Counted from the stretch's first letter, positions 8,690 to 18,436 are shown. The stretch: 64,000 bases of DNA from Thermoplasmatota archaeon (GCA_035526585.1 DATLCC010000065.1:11581-75580), one strand, 5' to 3'. Notes: generated by a model from the sequence alone, not told the origin. Made by a program: numbers and translations.

Positions 8690-9916
8690 TCATAGCCGGA
8701 ACACCTCCCGCGCCTTGAGGAGCGCCGCCGCGAACGCGTCGACCTCTTCGCGCGTCGTGTACAGGTAGAACGAGGCGCGCGCGGTGCTCGCGATGCCCAG
8801 CGTCTGCATCAGGGGCTGCGCGCAGTGGTGGCCGGCGCGCACGGCGACGCCCTGGTCGTTGAGGAGCGAGGCGAGATCGTGCGCGTGGATGCCTTCCATC
8901 TCGACTGCGACGAGTCCTCCGCGATGCGCGGGGCCGGGGCCGATGATGCGCGTGTCGGGGACCGCGGCGATCGCCTTGAAGGCGTGCTCGACGAGCTTGT
9001 GCTCGTGGGCGACGATGTTCTCCATGCCGACGGCGTCGAGGTAGTCGATCGCGGCGTGGAGGCCGACGGCTTCCGCGATGACGGGCGTGCCCGCCTCGAA
9101 TTTCCACGGAAGCTCGTTCCACGTCGCGCCCTCGTTCGTGACGCTCCCGATCATCTCGCCGCCGAACAGGAACGGCTCCATGGCGAGGAACTCCTCCTTC
9201 TTCCCGTAGAGCACCCCGATGCCGGTGGGACCGAGCATCTTGTGGGCGCTGAAGGCGGCGAAGTCTTCGCCGGAGCTCGCGACGTCTGCCTTCACGTGCG
9301 GCACGCTCTGCGCGGCGTCGATGAGGACCTTCGCGCCCACCTCGTGCGCGAGCTTGGAGACCTCCTTCACGGGGACCACCGTGCCGAGCACGTTGCTCAT
9401 CGCGGTCATCGCGACGATGCGGGTCTTGCGGGAGAGGAGCGACCGGTAGGCCGCGAGGTCGAGCCGCCCCTCCTTCGTGAGCGGGGCGATGCGCAGACGC
9501 GCGCCGGTGATGCGGCACACCTCGAGCCAGGGGACGAAGTTGCTGTGGTGCTCCATCTGGCTGATGACGACCTCGTCGCCGGGCTTGAGCTCGCGGAGCC
9601 CTTTCGAGTACGCGACGAGGTTGAGCGCCTCGGTGCAGTTCTTCGTGAAGACGATCTCCTCCGCGCCCTTCGCGCCGACGAACTCGGCGACCCGCTCGTG
9701 CGCCAAGACGTAGAGCTCCGTCGCGCGCTCTCCCAGCTCGTGGATGCTGCGGTGCACGTTCGAGTTCGTCTCCCGGTAGAAGCCGTCCATCGCATCGAGG
9801 ACCTGCACCGGCTTCTGCGTCGTCGCCGCGTTGTCGAGGTAGACGAGGGGCTTCCCGTTCGACAGCGTGCGCTGGAGGATGGGGAAGTCCTTCCGGATGC
9901 GGGAGACGTCGAGCAT
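8690..9916 (-). CDS. sufS: Cysteine desulfurase SufS
   Basis: YLDNAATTQKP, SAHKMLGPTGIG (PLP Lys), RAGHHCAQP (catalytic Cys), RASFYLY. Confidence 0.97.
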   Translation of the reverse strand: MLDVSRIRKDFPILQRTLSNGKPLVYLDNAATTQKPVQVLDAMDGFYRETNSNVHRSIHELGERATELYVLAHERVAEFVGAKGAEEIVFTKNCTEALNLVAYSKGLRELKPGDEVVISQMEHHSNFVPWLEVCRITGARLRIAPLTKEGRLDLAAYRSLLSRKTRIVAMTAMSNVLGTVVPVKEVSKLAHEVGAKVLIDAAQSVPHVKADVASSGEDFAAFSAHKMLGPTGIGVLYGKKEEFLAMEPFLFGGEMIGSVTNEGATWNELPWKFEAGTPVIAEAVGLHAAIDYLDAVGMENIVAHEHKLVEHAFKAIAAVPDTRIIGPGPAHRGGLVAVEMEGIHAHDLASLLNDQGVAVRAGHHCAQPLMQTLGIASTARASFYLYTTREEVDAFAAALLKAREVFRL

Positions 9917-9921
9917 CTTGG

Positions 9922-11103
9922 TCACTTCTTCAGGCGCGACACGATGGCGCTCCGCACTTCCTCGCGCACGTCCTCGAGCTGGATCTTGGAGAGGAGCGGC
10001 TCGAAGAAGCCTTCGACGATGACGCGTTTCGCGGCGAGCGCGTGGAGTCCGCGCGACTGTAGGTAGAAGAGCTGCTCGGGGTCGACCTGGCCGACCGTCG
10101 CGCCGTGGCTTGCGGAGACGTCGTTGTTCTCGACGTCGAGCTTCGGGATGGCGTCGGCGCGCGCGCCTTCGGAAAGGACCATCGTCTCCTGGTGCTGGTG
10201 TCCGGAGGCGTTCTTCGCGTCGGTGCCGATGAACACGATGCTGTAGTTCGCGCTGTAGCCGTCGTCGTTCAGCGCGCCCTTCATGTCGAGCTGCGAGGAC
10301 GTGTGCGGCGCGCCGTGGAGCGCGGCGGTCGTGATGTCCATGTGCTGGCCCGCCGAGCCGAAGAAGGCGCCCACGAACTTCAGCGACGCGCCGGGGCCAT
10401 CGAGCAGGTTCTCGTTGACGCTGACGCTCGTCGCGGCCCCGAACTGCCCGTCGACCCACGAGAGCTCCGAATCGCGCGCGAGGTGCGTGCGGCGCCACGC
10501 GAGGAGGGTCGCGCCGTGGTCGATGTCCTGGATCGTGGAGAGGGCGAGGCGCGCGCCGTCGCGAAGCGACGTCTCGATGCCGTGGAGCGCGAGCGCGCCC
10601 TTCGATGCGCCCTGCGCGCGGGCGAGCGCCTGGAGCTTGGCCTGGCGGTCCACGACGACGAGGTCGCGCACGACGCCTGCCTCGGGCGCGAAGCGGGCGG
10701 GGGATTCGAGCGCGCCGGCGACCTCCGTCCCCTTCTCGACGTAGAGGAGCGAGCCGTCGCTCCAGAGCGCGGCGTCGAGCGCCTCCCACTTGTCGGCGCG
10801 CGGCGAGAGGCGCACGAGGGGTTGCACGAGGTCGGGGTGCTCGCGCGCCGCCTCGGCGAGGGGGATGTGGACGACGCCGGGCGCCTTCGCGAGGGAGCGC
10901 TTGGCGAGGGGCGAGCCCCGACCGAAGGCCCGCCACGCCAAGGCCTCGATGTCGAGGTCCGCGATCTCGGTGCGGCGCCACTGGGGCGCCTCCAGCGCCT
11001 GGTAGCGGGCCAGCGCTTCGGCACGCAGGTCGACGAGCCAGTCGGGCTCGCCGCGCGCCTTCGAGCGCTCGCGGATGGACTGGGAGGAGAGGAGGGCGTT
11101 CAT
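9922..11103 (-). CDS. sufD: Fe-S cluster assembly protein SufD
   Basis: WRRTEI, ADAIPKLDVENNDVSASHGATVGQ, FYLQSRG; the HGATVG motif is SufD-type. Confidence 0.9.
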   Translation of the reverse strand: MNALLSSQSIRERSKARGEPDWLVDLRAEALARYQALEAPQWRRTEIADLDIEALAWRAFGRGSPLAKRSLAKAPGVVHIPLAEAAREHPDLVQPLVRLSPRADKWEALDAALWSDGSLLYVEKGTEVAGALESPARFAPEAGVVRDLVVVDRQAKLQALARAQGASKGALALHGIETSLRDGARLALSTIQDIDHGATLLAWRRTHLARDSELSWVDGQFGAATSVSVNENLLDGPGASLKFVGAFFGSAGQHMDITTAALHGAPHTSSQLDMKGALNDDGYSANYSIVFIGTDAKNASGHQHQETMVLSEGARADAIPKLDVENNDVSASHGATVGQVDPEQLFYLQSRGLHALAAKRVIVEGFFEPLLSKIQLEDVREEVRSAIVSRLKK

Positions 11104-11396
11104 CCCTGTGGAGCCAGTGACAGGGGTCCCCATTTTCGGGCTTACGGTTGCGGCAAACGCGCCTCGGCCGCGGGCCGAGGCGCGTTTCCTCGCCCTCGCC
11201 CTCTTCCTCGGCCTCGGGCCTCGGCCTCGGGCCTCGCTCTTCGTGCCTCGTGCCTCCTTCCTCCTGCGAAGAAGGAAGAAGGCAATGAGAGCGAGGAACG
11301 AAGGCACCGAGGCGAGGCACCAAGGACGAGAACGAGGACGAGGGTGCCGCCGCAACCCAGCGCCCCTTATGTAGCCCGTCCGGAGATGCCCGCCAC

Positions 11397-12455
11397 GTGA
11401 GCGCGACGGCCATCGCCCCGACCTACGAGGGCTTCATGGTGAGCGTCGCGAACGGCAAGCCGACGCGCCTGGATGCGCCCCGCGTGCACGACATGGTGCG
11501 CGGGCTGCACGAGGCGGAGGTCGCCTGGCTCAACTTCGAGGTCGACGACCTCGAGGCGGACGCGCAGCGCATCGCGTCGATCCTCGGCTTCTCGGGGACG
11601 CTCATCGAATCGCTCATCCGTACGGAGCTCTCCGAGTACGAGGACCGCGACACGGAGCTCGGGATGCTCCTGCCCATCATCCGGATCGAGAACCTCGCCG
11701 TCGAGGTGCAGCCGCTCCTGATGCTCGTGCGCGACAACTTCGTGCTCACGATGTACCAGCGCGGCAAGGTCACGCGCTTCCGGAAGTTCGCGCGCTACGC
11801 CGAGACGGCGATGCGCAAGATCCCGCAGGACTACAACACGCCCGACAAGCTCACCGTGCTCGTCACGCGCCTTCTCGACGAGAACAACACGAGGAACTTC
11901 GACGGCATCCGCCGCATCGAGGAGCTGGGCGAGAAGATCGCCGGGGACCTCATCCAGGAGGACCTGGACCGCCGGAGCCTCGCGCCGCGCATCTACGAGA
12001 TGAAGCGCGCGCTCATCCAGTACCTCGACGGGCTGTGGGCCTCGCTCGACGTGATCCAGTCGCTGCGCCATGGCGACGCGGAGCTCATCTCGGACGACGC
12101 GCAGCTTCTCGCGCGCGTGGCGCTTTTGGGCGACGACGTGCAGCGTCACATCCAGCTCTCCGAGCACATGAGCGAGGTGCTCTCCAGCGGCCTCGAAGTG
12201 ATGCAGAGCATCTACAACAACCAGCTCGCGGTCCTCAACAACCGCATGAACTTCGTCATCACGTGGCTCACGGTCCTCGGCACCGCCGTCCTCGTGCCCA
12301 ACACGATCGCGACCGTCTTTGCCGCCTGGCCAGGCGGGACGCCGGTGACGGACCCGCGCGTCTATCTCATGATCATGCTCGCGGCGACCCTGGCGTCCAC
12401 CCTCTGGGCCTGGATGTGGGTCCGCCGCAAGGCGCCCATCCCTCGCCTCGACTGA
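11397..12455 (+). CDS. corA: CorA/ZntB family divalent cation transporter lacking the GMN signature
   Basis: Cytoplasmic alpha/beta domain, long stalk ending NNQLAVLNNRMN, two C-terminal TM helices; CTTATGTA box about 30 nt upstream. Confidence 0.85.
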   Translation: MSATAIAPTYEGFMVSVANGKPTRLDAPRVHDMVRGLHEAEVAWLNFEVDDLEADAQRIASILGFSGTLIESLIRTELSEYEDRDTELGMLLPIIRIENLAVEVQPLLMLVRDNFVLTMYQRGKVTRFRKFARYAETAMRKIPQDYNTPDKLTVLVTRLLDENNTRNFDGIRRIEELGEKIAGDLIQEDLDRRSLAPRIYEMKRALIQYLDGLWASLDVIQSLRHGDAELISDDAQLLARVALLGDDVQRHIQLSEHMSEVLSSGLEVMQSIYNNQLAVLNNRMNFVITWLTVLGTAVLVPNTIATVFAAWPGGTPVTDPRVYLMIMLAATLASTLWAWMWVRRKAPIPRLD

Positions 12456-12588
12456 GCCTGTCGCGGTATGCTCTAGATTTATCACGAGACCGGCTCTTTT
12501 CCGGCAGGTGCTGGTGGAGATCCAGGCCGACTCGCACGATGGTGCGGGCGGCATCGTCGCGCGCCCGAGCATCGCGCGCGGCCGCAAC

Positions 12589-13764
12589 ATGAGCCCCGGC
12601 ATCCAGCAGGCCCAATACTACTGGCGCGACGTCGTCCACGGGCCGCCGCCGCGCCGCCGCGAGCGCGGCACGTGCCTCCACGTCACGTGGCATGGCTCGG
12701 ACGACAGCGGTGACGTTCGCATCTCCTTCACGACCATCGTGCGCGTGGACAGCGGCGTCGACAAGGAGTCCGTCTGGGACGACATCATCCACGTCGAGGA
12801 GCGCACCAACGTCCAGCGGCGCCTCCTCCAGGAGATGATCGATCGCGAGCGCCACTTCACGGACCGCGTGTGCCTGCGCATGCGCTCCCGCCTCGCGCAG
12901 AGCATGGTGGACCAGCGCCGGCGCGCGAACGACATCGAGACGCCCTGGGTCGCCACGATGGTGCTCGGCTGGATCCGATTCCAGGCCAAGGCAGGCACGC
13001 TCACGATCAAGGTCTTCCGCGGCTTCATGCGCGCGCTCGTCGCCGTGCCCGACGCCATCCTCACGCAGACCGAGCGCGCGTCGATCCACCTCGCCTCGAA
13101 GAGCGGCCGCCGCTGGCTCAAGCGCGCGATCCGCGATCCGGCCGCCGCGACGCCGCAGGAGAAGGCGGGCGTGCTCGTGTGGCTCATCGTCGCGACGACC
13201 GTCTGGGTCCTGCTCGCGGCCGTGCTCTTCGCGACGTTCCTCTCGGCCTACGACGATTACTTCAAGGGCGTGTTCAAGGACTTCCTCTTCGCGATCGGCA
13301 ACGCGGTGGGCATCCCGCTCCCCCCCGCCGAGACGTTCTACATCCAGAGCACGATCGATTACTCCGCGATCCTCGGCCTCACGGGCGCCTTCGTGCTGGC
13401 TGGCCTCGGCCTCCTCATCGGGAAGACGTTGGGCTCGTGGATGATCTACCTCATGGGCGACTCGCTCTACGACACGCTCAACAAGAAGAGCGGGCCCAAG
13501 ATCAAGAAGGCGCTCGCGTGGCTGCAGCGAAGCGCCGCCAAGAGCGGCTTCGCCTGGGTCGCGATGCTCTGCGCCGTGCCCGCGCTCCCCGACCCGCTCA
13601 TCATCCCGTTCGCCGTCTCGGGCATGAAGTTCCGCAGCTACATGATCGCGGTCGTCTTCGGCACGATCGTCAAGTTCGCCATCCTCGCGGGCCTCATCCT
13701 CTGGATCGGTCCCGACCGCGTCGCGGGCTTCATGGCGCATCCGTTCAAGAGCATGGGTCTGTAG
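12589..13764 (+). CDS. Second DedA/VTT membrane protein with the related N-terminal domain
   Basis: GIPLPPAE, GKTLGSWMIYLMG, CAVPALPDP, GMKFRSY motifs; ATG 12589 preferred. Confidence 0.82.
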   Translation: MSPGIQQAQYYWRDVVHGPPPRRRERGTCLHVTWHGSDDSGDVRISFTTIVRVDSGVDKESVWDDIIHVEERTNVQRRLLQEMIDRERHFTDRVCLRMRSRLAQSMVDQRRRANDIETPWVATMVLGWIRFQAKAGTLTIKVFRGFMRALVAVPDAILTQTERASIHLASKSGRRWLKRAIRDPAAATPQEKAGVLVWLIVATTVWVLLAAVLFATFLSAYDDYFKGVFKDFLFAIGNAVGIPLPPAETFYIQSTIDYSAILGLTGAFVLAGLGLLIGKTLGSWMIYLMGDSLYDTLNKKSGPKIKKALAWLQRSAAKSGFAWVAMLCAVPALPDPLIIPFAVSGMKFRSYMIAVVFGTIVKFAILAGLILWIGPDRVAGFMAHPFKSMGL

Positions 13765-13765
13765 T

Positions 13766-13841
13766 CGCCAAGGCCGCCAAGGAGGCCAAGGGCGCCAAGA
13801 TGCGCCGCTTGGCGCCCTTGGCCTCCTTGGCGCGCTTGGCG
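13766..13841. terminator. Fold-back of 9-mer CCAAGG tandem repeats between convergent genes
   Basis: 34-bp arms (13766-13799 and 13808-13841) with 2 mismatches, lying between the stops at 13764 and 13843. Confidence 0.7.
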
Positions 13842-13842
13842 T

Positions 13843-14406
13843 CTATTCTTTCCAGCGCGGGTAAAGATCGTGCTCCAGCCCCAGCGCGTCGAGCGCCTTC
13901 CCAGCGACGTGGTCCACCATGTCGTCGATGCTCTTCGGGTGCACGTAGAAGCCGGGCATCGCGGGGACGATGCGCGCGCCGGCTTCGCTCAGCGTGAGCA
14001 GATTGCGCAGGTGGATCGTGGAGAGCGGCGTCTCGCGGGGCACGATCACGAGCGGCCGGCGCTCCTTGAGGCACACGTCCGCCGAGCGGCTCACGAGGTC
14101 GAGGCCGATGCCGGCCGCCATGAGGCCGACGTGCTTCATCGACGCAGGGATGACGAGCATGCCCACGAAGCGGTGCGAGCCGCTCGCGATGGGCGCGAAG
14201 AAGTCGTCGTTCCGGTGCACCTCGTGCGCGAGCGACCTCACCTTCTCCACGTCGGCCTTCGCCTCGAAGGAGAGGAGCTTCTCCGCCGTCGGCGTGAGGA
14301 TCAGGTGGATGCGGAGGTCGGGCATCTTCGCGAGCGTCTCGAGCGCGCGGATGCCGTAGGGCGTGCCGCTCGCGCCCGTCATGGCCAGCACGACCTCGCG
14401 CGTCAT
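13843..14406 (-). CDS. ubiX: Flavin prenyltransferase UbiX
   Basis: VLAMTGASG, APIASGS, LKERRPLVIVPRETP, PAMPGFY. Confidence 0.95.
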   Translation of the reverse strand: MTREVVLAMTGASGTPYGIRALETLAKMPDLRIHLILTPTAEKLLSFEAKADVEKVRSLAHEVHRNDDFFAPIASGSHRFVGMLVIPASMKHVGLMAAGIGLDLVSRSADVCLKERRPLVIVPRETPLSTIHLRNLLTLSEAGARIVPAMPGFYVHPKSIDDMVDHVAGKALDALGLEHDLYPRWKE

Positions 14407-14467
14407 GGGGAGGGACCGGCGGCTCCTGCCCATGAAGGTTATCCGGGCGCGCGCATCTGCCGCGCCC

Positions 14468-15592
14468 ATGGCGGCGATCGGGGTGCGCGTGCACGGATAC
14501 GCCGCCGCCGCGCTCCTCGCGCTCGCGGCGCCGCTCGGGATCCTCGCGGCGCTCCGGCGCGGCCCGTTCGCGCCCGATCTCCATCTGCTCGCGGCGCTTG
14601 GCGGCCTGACGCTCCTGATGCAGTGCATCCTCTACTGGTATCTTCCGAGCTTCGCGAAGCGCGAGGTCTCCTTCGAAGGCATGGCCAGTTACTCCGGCCC
14701 GATCCTCTTCCCCGCGACGCTCGTCGGGGCGGCCCTGGACATGGGCGCGCTGCGCGTCGGCCTTCCTGCGATCGGGCTTGGCATCTTCGGCGCGATCCTG
14801 CTGCTCTCGCCGGTGGTCGGCCGGCGCTGGCGAAGCGGCGTCCCATTCTGGCGCACCCCGGGTCCGTTCCAGCGCGGCGACCGGCTCTCGATGATGACCC
14901 TCGCGGCCGGGGCGCTGTGGCTGCTGCTCTGCGCGTGGCTCGGCTTCACGCGCCCGACGATGCTCGCCCTCGTCTGGCCCATCGCGCTCCTCACGCTCGT
15001 CCTCGGCGCGCTCGCCCACTACGTCCCTCGGGGCCGCGGCCGCGCGATGCTCGCGGCGGCGTACGCGCTGGGCGCGTGCGCGTTCACGCTCGGCGCGGCG
15101 CTCCTCGTCGCGGAGCGCGCGGGCGCCGCCATCCCGCGCGGCCTGCCCGAGTCGCTCATCGCGGGTCTCCTCGTCGCCGGCGCCGCGATCGCCCCGCCTG
15201 GCGCGGCGAAAGCGGCCGGCGCGCGGCTTGGCCAAGCGGCGCCCTTCCTCCTCGCCGGGAGCGCGGCGATGGCCGGGGCGATCGTTTTCTCCGTCAGCGG
15301 ACGAGGCATCGGCTTCGCCTTCGCGGCATACTATGGCCTGCTCGCCGCCCTTGCGCTAGCCGTCGCGGGGCTCTCTCTTCTGCTGCTCCCCGTCGTGTTC
15401 AACGAGCGCCCCGACGCGCGCGGGCTCTGGCCGTCGGTCGGCTGCGCGCTCGGAGGGGCCGCGCTCTTCGCAGCGGGCGTCCTCACGCGCCTTCCGCGCT
15501 GGCCAGGCGCGGCGCTTCTCGCGATATCAGTCCTCTGCTGGCTCGCGATGATGGCGCCCTTGCGTCGACCCAGACGGGATTGCCCGGTGTGA
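14468..15592 (+). CDS. Multi-pass membrane protein of unknown function
   Basis: About 11-12 hydrophobic segments; divergent from ubiX. Confidence 0.7.
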   Translation: MAAIGVRVHGYAAAALLALAAPLGILAALRRGPFAPDLHLLAALGGLTLLMQCILYWYLPSFAKREVSFEGMASYSGPILFPATLVGAALDMGALRVGLPAIGLGIFGAILLLSPVVGRRWRSGVPFWRTPGPFQRGDRLSMMTLAAGALWLLLCAWLGFTRPTMLALVWPIALLTLVLGALAHYVPRGRGRAMLAAAYALGACAFTLGAALLVAERAGAAIPRGLPESLIAGLLVAGAAIAPPGAAKAAGARLGQAAPFLLAGSAAMAGAIVFSVSGRGIGFAFAAYYGLLAALALAVAGLSLLLLPVVFNERPDARGLWPSVGCALGGAALFAAGVLTRLPRWPGAALLAISVLCWLAMMAPLRRPRRDCPV

Positions 15593-15601
15593 GTTCGACG
15601 A

Positions 15602-15673
15602 ACGAAGCCACGGAGGGCCACGGAGGCTGAAGGACAACATTCCCCTCGTCTCCGTGGGCCTCCGTGGCTTCGT
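15602..15673. repeat. Fold-back of CCACGGAG repeats
   Basis: 24-bp arms at 15602-15625 and 15650-15673 with 1 mismatch. Confidence 0.75.
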
Positions 15674-15727
15674 CCGCGAAGGCGCGCGCCAACCTTCTTG
15701 AGCGCGGCGCGCGCTGGCGACCCGACG

Positions 15728-16003
15728 ATGGTCGAGTACAGCGTCCTCGAGCTGTGCAAGAACCGCGCGGGGTACGAGGCGTTCCCGCACGCGCGCCTGA
15801 AGCTCGACCTCAGGGCTCTTGAAGGGGAGCTGAAAGAGGCCGGTTTCGAGCCGCTCGCGAATGCGGGGATCCTCCTCGTCGTGCGCTGGGAGGACGTCGA
15901 GCTCTCGATCTTCGAGTCGGGGAAGCTCCTCTTCAAGACGCGCGAGATGGACAAGGCGCGCGTCGCGATGGCCGCGTTCCGGGGGGCGATGCGATGGAGC
16001 TGA
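15728..16003 (+). CDS. Small protein resembling the C-terminal domain of some ThiF/MoeB proteins (TBP-like fold)
   Basis: MVEYSVLELCKNR...KLDLRAL...ELSIFESGKLLFKT; overlaps the start of the next gene. Confidence 0.7.
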   Translation: MVEYSVLELCKNRAGYEAFPHARLKLDLRALEGELKEAGFEPLANAGILLVVRWEDVELSIFESGKLLFKTREMDKARVAMAAFRGAMRWS

Positions 16004-17199
16004 GCGCGGAGCTCCGCAGGGATTTCCCGTTCCTCCTGCGCCACGACGCGCCGATCTATCTCGACAACGCGTGCATGACGCTCAAGCCCCAGAGCGTGAT
16101 CGACGCCGTCACGCGCTACTACACGGAGACCCCGTATTGCGCTGGCCGCGCCGTGTACGAGGGGTCGCACGTCGTCGAGGAGATGGTCGAGCACGCGCGC
16201 GCGGACCTCGCGCGGCTCCTCGGCGGCGCTCCCCAGGCGACGGTGTGGACGAAGAACGCCACGGAAGCCGTGAACCTCGTCGCGCACGCCTTTCCCTGGA
16301 AGCGCGGCGACGTCGTCCTCACGAGCGACCGCGAGCACAACTCGAACCTCGTGCCCTGGCAGATGCTCGCCGCGCGGGGCGTCAGGCACGAGGTCGTTGC
16401 GTCGCGGGCCGATGGCACGTTCGACCTCGACGCATGGGAGACGCGGCTCGCGCGCCGCGACGTGGCGCTCGTCGCCTCCGTCCACGTCTCGAACCTTGAT
16501 GGCTACGAGGCTCCGGCGCGCGCGCTCGTCGAGCTTGCGCATGCGCGCGGCGTGCCGGTCCTTCTCGATGGCGCGCAGGCGGCGCCCCACATGCCCGTGG
16601 ACCTCGCGCGCCTCGGGGCCGACTTCTACGCGGTAAGCCTCCACAAGATGCTCGGCCCGACGGGCGTGGGCGCGCTCCTCGCCGCGCCGGATGCGCTTGC
16701 GAAGCTCGGGCCCTTCATCACGGGCGGCGACACCGTCGCGCGCACGACCTACGCGGAGGCGGAGCTCCTGGACGCGCCCGCGAAGTTCGAGGGGGGGCTC
16801 CAGAACTACGCGGGGATCGCGGGCGTCACGCCGGCCCTCGCGTATCTGCGCGCCATCGGCCTCGACGCGATCCACGCGCACGAGCGCGCCCTTGCCGCGC
16901 GCCTCGCAGAGGGGCTCGCGGGCGTCGAGGCCCTGCATCTGCTCGGCGCTCCCATCGGCACGCGCGCCGGGATCGTGCCCTTCTCGCTCGACGCGATCGA
17001 TCCGCATGCGTTGGCGATCCTGCTGGAGGACAAGCACCGCATGCTCGTGCGCTCGGGCGACCATTGCCTCCACAGCTGGTTCAATGCGCGAGGCGTGCCA
17101 GGCGCCGTGCGCGCAAGCTTCTACCTCTACAACACGAGCGCCGAGGCGGACGCGCTCGTCGAGGCCGTCACGCAGCTTCTGGCGCAGCTGCGGCGCTGA
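15994..17199 (+). CDS. Second group II cysteine desulfurase (SufS/CsdA-like)
   Basis: YLDNACMTLKP, EHNSNLVPW, SLHKMLGPTGVG, RSGDHC, RASFYLYN. Confidence 0.92.
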   Translation: MELSAELRRDFPFLLRHDAPIYLDNACMTLKPQSVIDAVTRYYTETPYCAGRAVYEGSHVVEEMVEHARADLARLLGGAPQATVWTKNATEAVNLVAHAFPWKRGDVVLTSDREHNSNLVPWQMLAARGVRHEVVASRADGTFDLDAWETRLARRDVALVASVHVSNLDGYEAPARALVELAHARGVPVLLDGAQAAPHMPVDLARLGADFYAVSLHKMLGPTGVGALLAAPDALAKLGPFITGGDTVARTTYAEAELLDAPAKFEGGLQNYAGIAGVTPALAYLRAIGLDAIHAHERALAARLAEGLAGVEALHLLGAPIGTRAGIVPFSLDAIDPHALAILLEDKHRMLVRSGDHCLHSWFNARGVPGAVRASFYLYNTSAEADALVEAVTQLLAQLRR

Positions 17200-18436
17200 C
17201 CGGCGACGCAAGGGCCGCGCGCGCGTCCGCGAGCCGACGGAAGCGGGGCCGCGCGAGGAGAAGCCCGACCGTCGCGGCCATGGTCACGAGCGTCCAGAGG
17301 ATCCACGTCGCCTGCCAGCCGATCGCGGGCTGCGCGATCCCGGTGAGGAACACCGCGGCGCCAAAGCCGATCGAGTGCACGAGCGCCCAAGCGCCCTGGT
17401 ACGCGCCGCGCATGCCCGGAGGCGCGAGCGCCGCGATCGCGGCCGGGAGGGCGCTGCTGAAGACGAGCTCGCCGGCAGTGAAGACGACGCTCGCGAGGAT
17501 GAGCGCGGCGAAGCCGCCGCTCCACACGAAGAAAAGATAGCTCGCCGCGAGGAACGCGGCGGAGTGGACGAGGTGCCGGTAGGGGCCGTGCCGCGTGAGC
17601 CATGTGGCGACGGGGATCGAGAGGATGGCGAGGAGCGGGCCGTTCACCGCGAGCGCGAGCCCGATCTCGCCAGTGCCCACGCCCGCGTCCTGCGCGTAGA
17701 GCGGCGCGACCGTGGCGATGAGGCCGATGCCGAGCGGAAAGACGATCGCGAGCGCGGCGAGGAGGAGGAACGCGGGATCGCGCGGCGCGCGGGCGAGGTC
17801 GCTCGCAAGCGAGCTTCGCGTCTCGGGGCGCTCGGGCGGCGGGAGCCGGCGAAGGCCCAGGACGAGGACCGCGACGACGAGGAGCTGGGCGAGCGCGCTT
17901 GCGAGGGCGAGGGAGGTGAAGCCGTACGCGAGGAGGAAGCCCGCGGGCGCGACGCCCAGCGTGTACCCGATGCTGAGCATCGTGTAGTTGAGGCCCAGCA
18001 CGGCGCGCCGTTTCTCGGGCGGCGTCAGGTCCAGGAGAAGCGCCGAGGTCGTCGGGAACGCGCCCGCTTGGGCTGCGCCGATGGCGGCGGTCCAGAGGAA
18101 AAGCTCGAGCGGCGTGCGCACGAAGAGGAAGAGAGGGAGGATCGCCGCGGAAAGGAGCGAGCTTGCGAGGAGGACGGGGCGGCGGCCGATCCGGTCGGAG
18201 AGCGCGCCTACGACCGGCGCGATCAGGCCGCGTAGCACGTTCTCCACGAGGTATGCGGCGCCGACGACGGAGAGCGCGATCCCGACGTCGCGTGTGAAGT
18301 AGATGCCGAGGAACGTGTACACGCTCATGCGCGCGGCGATGGCGAGGAGCGTCATCGTGACGACGACGTAGACGCGCCGATCGACGCCTTGGAGCCCTTC
18401 CCGATAGGGGGCCGCGATGCGCGCGAAGAGCGCCAC
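17168..18436 (-). CDS. MFS transporter
   Basis: Motif A GALSDRIGRRPVL, 12 TM pattern, PPGMRGAYQG. Confidence 0.92.
   Translation of the reverse strand: MALFARIAAPYREGLQGVDRRVYVVVTMTLLAIAARMSVYTFLGIYFTRDVGIALSVVGAAYLVENVLRGLIAPVVGALSDRIGRRPVLLASSLLSAAILPLFLFVRTPLELFLWTAAIGAAQAGAFPTTSALLLDLTPPEKRRAVLGLNYTMLSIGYTLGVAPAGFLLAYGFTSLALASALAQLLVVAVLVLGLRRLPPPERPETRSSLASDLARAPRDPAFLLLAALAIVFPLGIGLIATVAPLYAQDAGVGTGEIGLALAVNGPLLAILSIPVATWLTRHGPYRHLVHSAAFLAASYLFFVWSGGFAALILASVVFTAGELVFSSALPAAIAALAPPGMRGAYQGAWALVHSIGFGAAVFLTGIAQPAIGWQATWILWTLVTMAATVGLLLARPRFRRLADARAALASPVSAAAAPEAA

Noticed and set aside
8690..11413. Apparent 907-aa SufS fusion; likewise 29258-31459, 43814-46993 and 59331-62246
   Set aside because: The N-terminal extensions are stop-free shadow frames over neighbouring genes; real starts lie downstream.
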